Origin: Chlorokybus atmophyticus | Taxonomy: Eukaryota; Plantae; Mesostigma and Chlorokybus algae | Assembly: GCA_009103225.1 (NCBI GenBank) | Contig: RHPI01001292.1 | Location: 1-64,000, forward strand | DNA length: 64,000 bases | Direction of reading: 5' to 3' | Notes under the pieces: model-generated | The model's database searches: none | Seen by the model: the letters and a program-made list of their open reading frames with translations, nothing else | What the model was told of the DNA's origin: nothing | Part shown: one piece after another, positions 48,318 to 60,879 of the stretch | How the letters are laid out: each line of letters starts with the position of its first letter | Position numbering within the stretch: position 1 is the stretch's first letter | Made by a program: the position numbers and the translations under genes

Positions 48318-48779
48318 CTACCTCTACCTCTACATTTACACTATACAAGCCAACTACATATGCGAGGCAGCAAAAGAGCACGCGTGGGTGATGTATGCTC
48401 TTGCACAGCATTATCATCCCTGTGGCATTCATCCCACTCAGACCACCCATGTCTCTCATATTGCTGCTCGTGTGTACAGGGCAGCAAGCGCGTGAGAGCC
48501 AAGGCCCCACACAACAAATGACTCTGAAGCAACTATATGAGGCATCAGGAAAAGCTGGGAGACATATCATGTGTTGTAAGTGCTGTGAATGCAGGGTGCA
48601 TGACGGTTGGCGCTGCAACTGCAGAGCTGAACATACTGCACTCTGCGTGGCTACTGCATGCTGCAAGGTTGTGCAACCAGGGTGAACAACTGCGTGCAAA
48701 TAGTTTGCACCTGCCAATGAACTATGTTACTGCATGCTGTTATCATTCTGTTGTGCATGCAAAATGCAACTGATAGCAT

Positions 48780-49170
48780 GCTGCTGCTAACGATCAAAGA
48801 GGTCCAGGTGCTTCACCTCTGTTTACTAAAGTAGAGGAGTTGGATCTGGCAGCGTACGTGCAAGCAAAGAATTAAGTTGGATGTGCGATGGCATGGACAG
48901 AGATATGCATTGAGGTTGGAAAGCGCCTTGCAAATGACGCTAGAAGTCTGCAGTATAAAAGTGGTGTACCTGGATGCAAGTGGTGCAATGCATTCCAGGC
49001 AAAAAGCTCTCCTCGCGCGAAGCTAAAGCCCTGAACTGCTCCAGGAGGGTGGGCTTGTCCAGACCCGTGGTGGAGCACTACTTTAATCTGCTAGAGGAGG
49101 TGGTGATGGACTTGGGTGTGGGTCCAGATAGAATCATCTCCGCGGACGAGATTGGGGTGGAACTGTACCT
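48780..49170 (+). pseudogene. pogo/Fot1-like transposase fragment (CENP-B HTH to first catalytic Asp)
   Basis: LFTKVEELDLAAYV...SGVPGCKWCNAF; LSSREAKALNCSRRVGLSRPVVEHYFNLLEEV...PDRIISADEIGVEL. Confidence 0.8.
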
Positions 49171-50156
49171 CATAGTTGCAAGGAGCGTGTATGTCTGCAA
49201 AAGCCTGCCATACATACAGGCTTTTCAACACCCCTAAACACGCCTCAAACCCCTTACAGTGGTAGAGGCGCCATTAGCTCATTGGCTGGCACAAAGGCAA
49301 CTCACGAAATAAGGCGCACTGACTAGTTTTGGGCTTATACCAAAGTCACTTTTGGAATAAGCCCAAAAATGGCCTACATTTGGCGCGCTTCCTACACCGC
49401 TTTCTTGCACCATAAATGCTGAAAATAATACCAGTGTGTAGGTAACTTTTTATCTACAAGAAACACATATACTTCACCGCCGCCACATGAGCACAGCTCC
49501 CACAAAAAGCTTAGAACTCCAAACAGTCACGAAGTTGGGGCGATTTACCCTATGACGGTTTCGACTCGAAACAGCTATAACAACATTTGCAATATATTGT
49601 CAATGATGCACAGTCTTAGTTAAGTACACTACAAAATACATACAAGTTATATGCTTTCGTTATGGTTGTTTAGTTGTTACATGTTATATCAGAGACATGT
49701 CGAAGTGCACTTCAAGCTTTGTGGCATTGCAAAGTCTCAAGCTTACGACACCTTTCTTGCATTATAAGACATTTTCTCATACTAATTGAGTTTAGTTTTT
49801 GGTTGCTAATACCCCACCTATTCACCCAGTAATGCTCACGATCACTGGAGTGGTATTGATCACAACCAAGCATGTACCGCATGTTGCCACTACATCAATG
49901 AATATCAATGTGATCTCAATACGAGCTGCAGTTTATTGAATCGCATCACTAATATGGCACAGCGTGTGCTAACATTGCATAATTTATTTGATTTTTTCAA
50001 TCAATGATTGAATCATGGTATATCAATATGATGCGGTTAGTGTTCACAAATAACTGCCAAATGAAATGTTATCAAAGCTATTATGTTGTAATAGATCTAA
50101 CCTGAATGCAACTCTTGTGTGTTATACTGTGTCCCATGATGGATCACTGTCACATG

Positions 50157-51600
50157 CTAAAACGACGTGCACATAAGGTGAAGGCTTGAGATCAAGCGTG
50201 CGATATCTTGCGGCCTTGATAATCGGTGATCACCATCCTGATTGCATATGGAGTTGCATGATAAGTGTCTTGAGTCGTCATGCACAACCCAAGTCGGTAT
50301 CTTTCTGAACATGCATGCCACATCAGGATTTTGATGGAAAGCCACTCACCTTGACAAGGGTGAGCAACAAAGATGGTGCTTCGATCACTTTCGCAAGCTG
50401 CATGCTATACTTATATGGCACATCCTGCACCATGTGCATAGAGCATGTCATCAACCCCACAACTGCCAACAAATACAAAGCATTACAAGTGACAGAAAGT
50501 CATCTCATCTTGCATTCCGTGCAGCAAGTGGACAGCGCATGCAAGTGATATCGTGCTGAAAACGGAGTTGAGACTCTCCCTGTTGGCCTGTAATAAGAGA
50601 TGTTGCTTGGCATCTTGTAACAGTTGCCAGGAGTACGTGTAAGGCTCCGCACTGAACCGCGAAGACACCCGCACCACTCCTTGCCTCTGGATAATGCTGG
50701 CGCAAGAATGTCGTATACGAACGTGTGTCAATATCAGTATCACGCTTAGGTGCAGTAAGCACACAACACAAGAAGAAAACCAACGCACCTCTTGTCGGAG
50801 TCACTCAAACTGTGCCACAGCAGTTCGGTGAAGTCAGGTGCAGAACCAACGCCAACAATGCCTCGTATACAAAATTGCTGTTGCTGTTGTTGTTGCCACT
50901 GCCTCGCCAGCAGCACTGCCAGCCATGTGCCCATGCTTGCGGCAACAATCACAACGTCCCGCGACATTGGGTGTGAAGCCAGCGCATGTTTGAGGAGGTT
51001 GGACGAATCTAATAGCCACCGACTAACTGTACCTGGGGACCAAAGTGCACGTTTTATTGCATCAAAAGCACAAACACGTATGCATGTTGGCACACACAAA
51101 TGTGCACAGGCACAGAGGTGCGCACACATGCACGCTTATATGCGAAAATGTGCATACGCAAACACGCGTGCATGCGCACATGCACACATAAGCATAGGAG
51201 CGCACCCGCATAGATGTACACGCACATGCCCACCATCTGTCAGTCGCCCGTCAGACTCTCCATGTCCGAAATGATCAAACAGAAGGCACGCTTTCCCCGT
51301 GCGAACCGCCCAAGCAGCAACAGCCTGCGCCTGTGCATAAAGCAAACAACTCCATTACCACACTGTGCCACACAATGCTCATGTGTATTACTTTCTGTCA
51401 CGCACCTTTGTAGAACTCATGTCCGAGTTGTAACCGGGAAAGTAAGCCACTGCAGGTTGTATTGTGGACTTGTGTGTAGCAATATTCTCTTGGTGAGGAC
51501 TGTAAAGGCGGTATGCTAGTCGTGCGCCATCCGCGCATGAAAAGTATTGCAAAGGAGGAGTGGAAGAGGTGCACGCCATGTGCACATACATATGTCCGTA
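50157..51600 (-). CDS. Alpha/beta hydrolase, ABHD10-like esterase; 5' end uncertain (may extend to about 52150)
   Basis: DGARLAYR...VAYFPGYNSDMSSTK; LLFDHFGHGESDG; VVIVAASMGTWLAVL; GIVGVGSAPDFTELLW; VHLLHGMQDE; DGDHRLSRPQDI. Confidence 0.88.
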
Positions 51601-52879
51601 TCACACCTCATACATATGGCACCACCATCAGTGCATGCGTGCGTGTACCTGCAAGTGCATGACATTCTTTCTTAACACTAGCACATACACTCTCAATCTA
51701 CCTGATGTCAAACGTAAGAAGTTGATCCCATTGTCTGAACTGCGTGCTGCCCGTGACAAAAATGCCAACTGGTCTTGAGGACAAGGTGTTAGCGTCACAG
51801 CTAACGTGTGTATGCACACCTGTGTGTGTGTGCACACCTGCAGTGTGTCGTTTGAAACTGAGGCTGAGCTGAGGTAAACTAAACTAAGGCTAAGCCGAGC
51901 TGTTTGCCGGACTGTGCTGGACTGTGCAGAGTGCTGAGCTTAGGTGCCTAATTCCCTGTCCACGCAAACTATCACCCTCTCCGGCAACAGTCTCGGCGTC
52001 GACAACACCTTGTCCGCCGCCTCCTCTGCCCCCGCCTTCACCGCCGCTGGTGCCGCCGCTGGTGCGTGGCTTAGCAGAGTGGGGCTTTGTGTGTAGTAGT
52101 TGAAATGCGTCAGTGTCGATCTGATGTGAGGGGTTGCTTGACATGATAGTTTGGAAGGTAGAAAATGAGGCCCTCAAGTGAAAGGAAGGAAGCGCTCCCT
52201 TCTGTTGCTCCCTTGCATGCGATCATGTCAAGGTGGTATGTCGTGACTTGCGAGGTTGTCTTGGGACAACATCATCTCCCCGGTGCGCACACTGCAGCAT
52301 CGCATCAACCCTTGCCATGCATCCATACATGCATGTCGTGTGTGACACGCACGCAATCACGCACACCACTGTTCGTGCTTGTTGACGACTGGCAGGTGAA
52401 TCTCATTGGGTATATGCAGAAAATTCCTTCTGTGCAGGTGCAAAAGTGCGCGAGCACAACATAAGGAGAAAGTCATCTGTACGGCACTTTGTGTGATGTT
52501 TGACCGGGGCCTATGTCACTGCCTGCGTGTTTGTTCGCTTACTCACGTGAATGTTTGATGCACACATGATGTGGCTAAGCCTCACCTGTTACCAGACGTT
52601 AGCTTTCTGTCGCTGTCCACAAGCTCACACCTGCAAGAGCACGGGCGCAACATGACCACCACCACAAATACAGGCGTGGACACGCAAACATGCACACACG
52701 CGCACAAACAACTACATACACATATCTTGTCTCGTTCTCGCTTGTTCTCTCCATCATCTGTTTCACGGCCTGCTGGCCGGCTCATACCCTTCTTTGAGGC
52801 TCTTCACTTTAGCCAGCCAGCCTAGCCACCCTGTGGTGGGTGGTTCCCCCCTCCCTCAAACGGCGAGGCAGGCACACTA

Positions 52880-54600
52880 CTGTTCCCCCCCAACACACCG
52901 TTTCCCCTTCCCCGCAGCGTCGCTGTGCCTCTGGTTGAGATGGGCGTCGACGGTGTTGGGGTTGTTGGCCTCCCTGTTGTTGAGGATGTTGTTGAGGGGG
53001 GGGTGGACCCCTTCCCCCAGAGCGGAGCTGCCGTGCCCCTCGGCAGCTCCGCCCTGGGGGAAGGGCTTGCTGCCATGCCATGGAATCCAAGTGGGTGCTG
53101 GTGGTTGTTGATGTGCACCCCATGGGGTTTGACTTGCCTCCATCGCGGCGTTGGAGGACAGGAGCTCGAACTTCAGACGCTCCTCCAACTCTTGTAACCT
53201 AGGAGGAAAGGGAAGGGAGGTGCGACTTATGTAATTGGAAATGTTGGATAATTCTTCCATAACGTCGCACTCATGTGCGCGTGCATGCATGCGCAGGCAT
53301 ATGCGCACACCGTACTGGCATGTTTTGAACACGTAACGAGACACACGAGCGCACGCACACGCGCGCACATGCGTGCACCCTTGTTACATGCGCATGCACA
53401 TGCACACATACAAATGGTATAGCAGTCGGGGCCATTAGCACGAGCATCACACACGAGATCAACACCTTCATTAAGCAACGCAGCAAACAGCAAGGCTCAG
53501 CAACCTAGCACAGCTACGGGGTGCTGGACTATGTGCGTGCAACAGCAAGCAGCAACCGAGGGTGGGGAGGAACAGTACAGCGACTGGCAGCTACCTGCAC
53601 AGCACGGGACAGGAGCAGGGAGAGAGGGGAACAGGTTAGGCCTTGACCGACCCTGACCACAAGACAGTGCTCAACCAGCCCCCAGCCGCCACAGTGCACG
53701 GCCAGTAGCCTTATACCCCTGCTAAGAGCACTGGTAAAACGGCTGCAGGCAATGCCCGTGCAAACATAGCCGTTAGTGAGTCCGACAGGGCTAATGAGTC
53801 CGTTAGTGTCAATCACAGCATGCACAAGAACAAATACGGCGGGCATATGAAGTAATACTCCCCACTGTTCATGAGTTATGTGTAACCGTTATGTGTAACC
53901 GGATACATGTGCACATAGGCACACGCCTGCACGCGCACACAGGCACATGCTTAGATGTGAATGCGCGCTTGCCCACCCACACACACGCGCCTACCGCGAC
54001 ACACTCACCCATGCACAGCGGCCAAGCAGTTGCCAAACATCATTGTTGTCATCGTCATGCAAGCTGCTCCCGCCACTGGGATGGCATTATCATTGCCTTC
54101 AGCCTCTTTCACCTCCTCCTTCTTGACAGGTTTTCCTTGCCAACTGTTGCTGCCTGCATTCACACTGCTAGGTCTTCGCCCGAGGGTCTCACCTAATGTG
54201 CTACAGTAATTTTCACTGTGTTTTGATCGACTTCACCGTTGCCCGCGAACTGATTTGCTCATGCTGTTTCACATGCGCTGGGATTCTCAGCTTGTTTTAT
54301 GAAGCTTTTCTGTGAGTATTACTCCTACAAATGCTGTCATGTCAGGCTGCGGGTTTCCAACAGCAAGCGCAAGGGCACATGAAAATTGGCGGCGGCCGCC
54401 ACAGCTATTCTATTTGCAGCGCAGCGCAGCGCAGCGCAGCACGAACACCGCCTGCTTCCCCCCCTTAACCAGCTTGCTGCTGCAACATTACGGCTACGCC
54501 AAGCCATAGGCCTAACTCTCGCCTCTGTGGCTACAGATCGGTTATTGGTGTCGCTGTACTGCCTATCTGCCTTGCTCACCCCCGATGTACTGCGTGCACT
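52880..54600 (-). CDS. Probable uncharacterised multi-exon gene
   Basis: Exon-like segments with splice signals: GKPVKKEEVKEAEG, VLISCVMLVLMAPTAIPF, RLQELEERLKFELLSS. Model not resolved. Confidence 0.3.
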
Positions 54601-54859
54601 TGTTGGATAGAGCATGAAGTTAAGCCCTGCCCCTGCCTTCGTGCTGCTGTTGATAAATTTGTGTGCCTGCGTGCTTGTGCTTGTGCTCTGTGTGTGTAGG
54701 CAGAAGATGTGTGTGCTTGGCTTTACATCGGTACCATTGACGGAACGCATGTATGTGCCGTAGGATTTTATGGTGCTGAAACACTAACTCGAGAAGCACA
54801 ACCATGGAACGCAAATGCACCACCACCCCGGCTTTTAACAGCATGCAATGCCGAAACAG

Positions 54860-55376
54860 CTACCCTGCTCCGTCGGTGTGCGGGTTACTGGGTTCATAGA
54901 GGCCAACCATATGCCCATCCGGTGCCCTAAGAGCCGCCAGCTGCCATACACACACACAGACACACAACACAAAGCATCATGCACGCATGCCTTGCAAAGC
55001 GTGCAAACACCAACACCATGCAGAAAGCTTGTCTCACCCTCACCTTGCCATGGGGGAGATGCTGGAGGGGTCCGTCCATGGCGGCGCCCATGGCGAGGGC
55101 GCGAGTGAGGGCGGCGTCGAGGTCAACCACGCGGAACTCCAGCAGAGGAGAGTAGCCAGCACTACACTGCGCCTCGCACTCTCCTCTCAGCAGCGCCACC
55201 CTTACCCCCACCCCATCTGAAGGGGCGGCCACGCTTCCACTGCCTCCGCTGCCCAGCTCGGCGTAGCGCTCTCCGCACACCAGCAGCGGCGCTCCCAAGG
55301 CCTCGCAGTAGAACCGCGCAGCAGCCGCCACGTCACGCACCACCAGCGTCACACCGCGCACCGCCGCACCCGCCAT
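54860..55376 (-). CDS. Glyoxalase/VOC family protein (plant At5g41650-like), 137 aa, exons 55376-55044 and 54940-54860
   Basis: MAGAAVRGVTLVVRDVAAAARFYCEALG...GYSPLLEFRVVDLD...ALAMGAAMDGPLQHLPHGK|LAALRAPDGHMVGLYEP. The intron is GT-AG and in phase. Confidence 0.92.
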
Positions 55377-55553
55377 CGCCTTCGCCGCCGTCCTGCGCCA
55401 CCACCACCAAGGTATACGTTCAACCAAACGGTGCAGCTGTGAGTTGAACCGTTCAACTGCTAGAATGTGCACCGACAGTCGACTAAGGTCTTGAGCCGTT
55501 TGAACTAACAGTCGACGTGGTTTGTCGGCATAGTGGCAGTCAGGCGGGAAAGC

Positions 55554-56975
55554 ATGTGGCGAGGCGGCGGCATTGGGGGCGGCGGGAGGGGCCGGGGTGT
55601 GGCTGGGCCCCTCGGCCAGCTCACTCCCGTGCGTATTGATCTCGAGCTTGAAGGCCGTCGCCTAAAAGACTCCTTTTTGTGGAACACCGACGGTAAGCAT
55701 GCTGGGGGTTGTTCAGTAGGAAGAGGGGAAGGAGGAGGAGGAGGAGCTGGAGAAGGTTGCTGACATGCACATATAAACAGAGCCAGAGACGTCGTACGTG
55801 CCATTTGCTCGGCAGCTGTGCGCTGAGAAGGACCTGCCGAAGCCGTTCGTGCACGCGGTGGCTGCGGCGATCCAGGCCCAGGTGGGGGAGTACCAGGCGG
55901 TGCAGGCGGCGGGCAGCAGCGGCGCCAACCTGCATTATGACACCAACCTGCACGTCATCAAGCTGGACGTCAGGGTGGGCAACCTCCACCTCACCGACCA
56001 GTTCGTCTGGGACATCTCCAACAGGGAGCTCTCGCCCGAGGCCTTCGCAGAGCAGCTGTGCAGAGACGTACATGTTGACCACAACAGAGAAATGCCTGTA
56101 CGTGCCTACTGTGTTAAAGTTCTGTGTCTGTTATAAGCATAAACCAGCAACATGCAAATGGCAAGTCGTTGATGTCATGCCAATGTTGTCAGCAGCACAG
56201 TGTCAAGTTATTCATGTCATGTTTTGTACACAGATCGCTGTTGCAACTGCGATTAGGGAGGAAGTGTTTCAGGTGCGTGGATGCCAGGGTGCTTTGTACG
56301 TCCGCGTTTTGTGCCTTTACATTGTGTATGTGCTGAGAGATCTGTGGACTCATCAGGTTGATTAGAATTAATGCATGCATGCCTATGGGCATACTCACTA
56401 TGTGTTGCAGATTATGAAGAAGCATCAACGAGACCGTGCGGCAAAGCGTTCGGGTTCGCGACGTGACCCCGCAATTGCAGCTACCAACACTGGGTGAGTG
56501 TCAGTAGATCACATTATCTGTGCAGTCTGGGTGTTCACGTAGCATGCACATGGTTAAGGATTGCAACCCTTAGGTCAGTGCCAATATCGCAGCGGGAGTT
56601 GAGAAAGCAGATCCAGAAGAATGGTCCGATCAGGCGGCGGGCGGATATCGAGACGTGGGAGCCTGTCCTGCAAATGCTCACTGACAAAGAGGTGGAGGCT
56701 CTGGATGCAAAAGAGGAGAGAGAGGCGCGGTGCGTGCGCATGGCCTCGTGTTTTGTTGTGTGCTGTGTGCCAGTGCTTACAGAACCTGCTTGTACAGGTA
56801 TAAGCGGCGGCAAGAAGAGCGGGAAAATGAGCAGCAGTTGGGGTCAGGGCGCCGAGCCAAGCGAGGTACAGTGTATGGTACCTTGTTGTACTAAAACAGT
56901 CTGGTCAGCGAATGGTTGACATGTATATGTTTGCCAGGTGCGGCTGCTGTGGACTTGATGGGGCAACCAATCTGA
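55554..56975 (+). CDS. BSH: SWI/SNF subunit SNF5/INI1 homologue (BUSHY)
   Basis: LTPVRIDLELEGRRLKDSFLWN; PFARQLCAEKDLP..FVHAVAAAIQAQV; IKLDVRVGNLHLTDQFVWDI...SPEAFAEQLCRD; IETWEPVLQMLTDKEVEALDAKEEREARYKRRQ. Confidence 0.92.
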
Positions 56976-57689
56976 GGAGAGCTTCTGCTGGTTGTCGTCC
57001 GGGGCGTACGCGCGGCAGCAGGATGGCATGTGTGGGCACGTGTGCAATGCTGGACGGGCGCTCACAACGTTCGCTGCTGGTCTACACTGCACGTGAGCTA
57101 CATCATGAGCTATGTCAATTTCGGGCTTGCAGCCGTGGCTCCAACAACAGCAGCAGCAGCGACACAGGCCTTGATCAAACATCCTCAAAAGGGCTGGTGG
57201 GTCGTTGTTGTCCTCAGTTGCAGGCTTCTGGGCGCGCACGCACCTACGCACGCACGCACCCATCCCAAAGCAGTGAACGGCTACACGTGTTGGACGTGAT
57301 TTAAGGGCAGCCTTGCGCCCTCCACAAATGGCAGCCTGCTAAAAGGATGCCAGAAGCAGGACAGAAACCTGGGCTTATACAGCTTTCAAATGCCTGGACA
57401 GTATCAGAAGGCTGCACAGGATGGCTATGCAAGGCACAGCGCGCATACAGCAAGACAGGCAGCCATGGAAGTGGGCTCGATAGACTTTGGTGACTTGTGA
57501 GAGAACGGCACAACCTATGCCAAATAGGCTAGCAATGTGTACGCTCTACATACAGTAGTAGCTCTATTCTACCACATAATTATCTAATCACAAAACTTCT
57601 ACCACACAAGTACCACGTGCGCATTACCAGCTGCAGCTCCCTGCCATCCGTTAGCTCCGTACCAAGGTGACAGGCCTCTGGCCAGATGC

Positions 57690-59374
57690 ACCTGCTCTCA
57701 ATTCTTGCAGCGATGATCATGTCATCTATGCTACCTATTCTTTGACTGGCAGTATGAGCATGTATGTTGGACTAACGAAATGCACAGCATTTGAGCGTTT
57801 TAAGCAGCATTCTCAAGCTGGTTTCGGCCCAATGCAACACCATTAGAGCTGCGTATGGTCAGAGAAGGATTGCAGAGTTGGGGGCCGTATGCCATGACTG
57901 ATGCTGACAGTGACAATAAGTTGAAGGACTTGCATCAGTGCATGGTGACGACGCAGGTCGACAAGTGCGCAGGCACTTTGCTGGTGGTATGCAAAGCATA
58001 CTACTTACAGTGTTTGCGTGCAGAGCCGGAGACAGCGACGTATGCTCTCTGTCACCAAACAGTACAGCAGGTCATCACGCAACACCAAGCCTACAATCAA
58101 GTGCAAGGGTTCTTGACAAAGAAACAGGGAGCAGTTGCACGCTTGCCGCACTTGTATATGACAGTCTCGCTGCATAAAACCCCACCTAAACCACGCTTTA
58201 TTGTTGCTGCCAATGCTACAACCCTCTCGGATGTTTCTGATTGGCTAGACGTTATACTAGACGTTATAAGGGCATGACAGAGGTAGCGGATCAATTGTAG
58301 AGTGACGCATTGGGCGAGCAAGCGCACGACTGGATCCTCATAAATTCATTCGGGTTTGCGCAGCTGCAGTAACACATCAACAACAGCCGCACTCCTTTGC
58401 ATAAGCGTGAGCACTTGTGGTTGCAGTCTTTTTGCTTCACCGCGTTGTATACTAACCTAGCACATGCTGATTTATTGCAACGCATGAGGGCCTTTGTGGA
58501 TAGAATCTTTGCGTGATTGCTGAGAATTGATCGCAAGCCACACCTGCATATCAATGTGCAAGCAGGGGTGGTGACCATACCTGGGTGCGAGGCACCACCA
58601 TCACGAGAGAGGGTGTAATCCAGCTGTATTCACTACTGATGCGTTGCATGCTATGCTGCAGTTCCTCATTGACAACTTGTTTGTACAAACGGCAGCGGAT
58701 CAGCTGCATAAACAAGTCATAGGGATCCCAATGGGCAATCCAGCCGGTGTATATATTGCCAACTATGATCTATTGACTTATGAGTTGGACTTTGTGGACA
58801 GGTTGGTAGCAAGTGGCCAACGTCCGTTGGCGCTGAGGTTTGCACGCCACGTCTTGCGCTTTGTTGATGACCTCTTGGTTGTGGCATTGCCGGAGTATTA
58901 GTCTTGCATGTACTTGAACCCGGAGGCTCCGGGTGGGGGGATATACCCTCAGCACATGCTCACGCTCACCAAATCAGCACAGGGGGTCAGCATCCCGTTC
59001 CTGGACCTGTTAATCTTTCAGTCCCCGACGGTGGGCTTGGCTACGAGGGTCTACAACAAGTTCAACACCCCCCCCTTCAGACACATTCCGCGCAGGCGAG
59101 CTCCTCACCCCCAGAGCAACATAGCAAAGTCGGCTAAGCTAGGGGTGGTGGTGTCACAGTTTATAACATTCACACGCAGTTGCACATTGCGTGCGCATTT
59201 GCCTTGATGCCATGGTTCAGTTTGTTGCGAGATATGCAGGCTGACGGCTATATCATGAGCGCGCTGCTGTCCAAGTTGCGGGCGAAGATGTACAACATGC
59301 AAGGTGACGTATATGACACCACCTACCAACGGCTCTACCTGCAAGTGGCGCGCAGATACAGTCTCACGGCATAG
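57690..59374 (+). mobile_element. Penelope-like retroelement of the Naiad/Chlamys type (N-terminal GIY-YIG, then RT); internally deleted and frameshifted
   Basis: SCSDDHVIYATYSLTGSMSMYVGLTKCTAFERFKQH (GIY-YIG, 57706-57810). LKDLH..VTTQVDKC..LLVVCKAYY; LPHLYMTVSLHKTPPKPRFIVAA; KQVIGIPMG; RFVDDL; GIYP..L.L...PFLDL; SNIAKSAKLGVVVSQF. No C-terminal endonuclease. Confidence 0.85.
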
Positions 59375-59444
59375 GTAAGTGAGGTAAGTTAACATGCATT
59401 GTGCGGGGAGCACTTGTCACTGCCCGCACATTATCTATATTGGC

Positions 59445-59625
59445 TCACATGACTGTGCATGACTGTGCATGCTCTATGTTGGCTCGCAGGACTGTGCATG
59501 AATGCATGACTATGCATGCCTACATGACTGTGCATAACTGTGCGTGACTGTGCATGTGCATGCTGCATGTGCATGTGCATGCTGGCTCACATGACTTTAC
59601 ATGCCTGCATGACGGTGCATGACTG
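59445..59625. repeat. Degenerate (CATGACTGTG)n minisatellite just downstream of the PLE ORF
   Basis: Repeated catgactgtgcatgactgtg units. Confidence 0.8.
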
Positions 59626-60879
59626 AGTGCCAACACCCCTCATTCTGTCGTGCACTCAGTTCTGTCGTAATCTAACCGTTGCAGTTCTTGTGAGTCCTGT
59701 GACATCCTGCAGCCGATTGCGAACTGTGGGTCTTACACGGCAAGACCAGGACCGGCCGAGCAGCAAAGTGGCGGCGCCATCCACCATTCAGCAGCACAGC
59801 ATCACATTGCACACCCGCCCTCGCCCTGCTCCTACCTTTGCTGCCAGTTGCTGCTGTGCTACCTCCACATCCTCCACGCTCGCATCGTAGGCCTCTGGCG
59901 TCTGTGCCCAGGTCTGCTTGCCCAACAACTCTGCCTGCTCCTCACCACCCCGTTGCATTCACTTAGTTACAGCACTTGGTTACGCGCCCCTATGGTAATA
60001 GATCGCCTTGTGCTGCTTCTGGGCATGCTTGTGTGCTTGTGTGCATGCTGGTGGACTGTGTGCTTGAGTGTGCTTGAGTGTGCGTCTTGTATCAGATTCA
60101 TGGACAGTCTAAACAACGCTTGTACATGGTTTGCATTGTTGTTTCGTGCTTGATAAAATGCGTGCAGTGGTTGCATTGATCTGTATCCTGGTGTATGCTG
60201 CCTAACTTGTAGCACGGGCCCCAAGCATTTGGGCACTTAATATGCATTACGGTTTGGGGGATAAGAAAGAGAGACGGGTGCAACACCCAGCACGAGCATC
60301 TGTACAACAAGATCGGGCAGCGTTTTGGCAATCGCGTTAGCGGGGGTAGTTGAATCTTTGCAGTTGCCCTGCTTGCTTTCTACCCCTTCCCCCTTTCGGT
60401 GTAGCTAGTGCACATAGCTAGAGTAGTTGGCCCCCCACCCGGTTGGTTGCTTGTATATGTCGATCTTATCTTATTGAGCCCGTCTTCTTGCTTGAAATGT
60501 TGATTGCCATGTCCTACCGATTGGCCCCTGCTGTTTATCAGCCATTTGTATGGCTGAAGAATGCATAAGTGTTTTTACTCTACATTGCCGACAGTTAACG
60601 ACAATTGCCACCTGCTGCAGCTATATGAGCGATGAATCCAAGCAACCACTTCTTGTATCAGTGACACACAAGCGTTTAATAAACTCAAGCCGCAATGTAA
60701 GCCGCACATGACCGCACCACACATTGGTTATATCAGCAGCTGCGAGTGTACGTGATAAGGCTGATCGAGTTGTGCTGGCATGCGCGTGCTTGCACTAGCC
60801 GATCAACCTCAATGTTGATGTCAGCAGAGCACATTATATGAATATCACCTAAACATGGTGCTTGAACACAAACCACATA

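Larger units (their letters stand above)
44634..49550 (+). mobile_element. pogo-like (Tc1/mariner superfamily) deletion derivative, about 1.9 kb without its nested LTR insert
   Basis: 22-bp TIRs GGGTAAATCGCCCTAACTTCGT (44634-44655) and ACGAAGTTGGGGCGATTTACCC (49529-49550) match 21/22, with TA on both sides. An extra GCCCTAACTTCGT subterminal copy lies at the left end. Confidence 0.85.
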
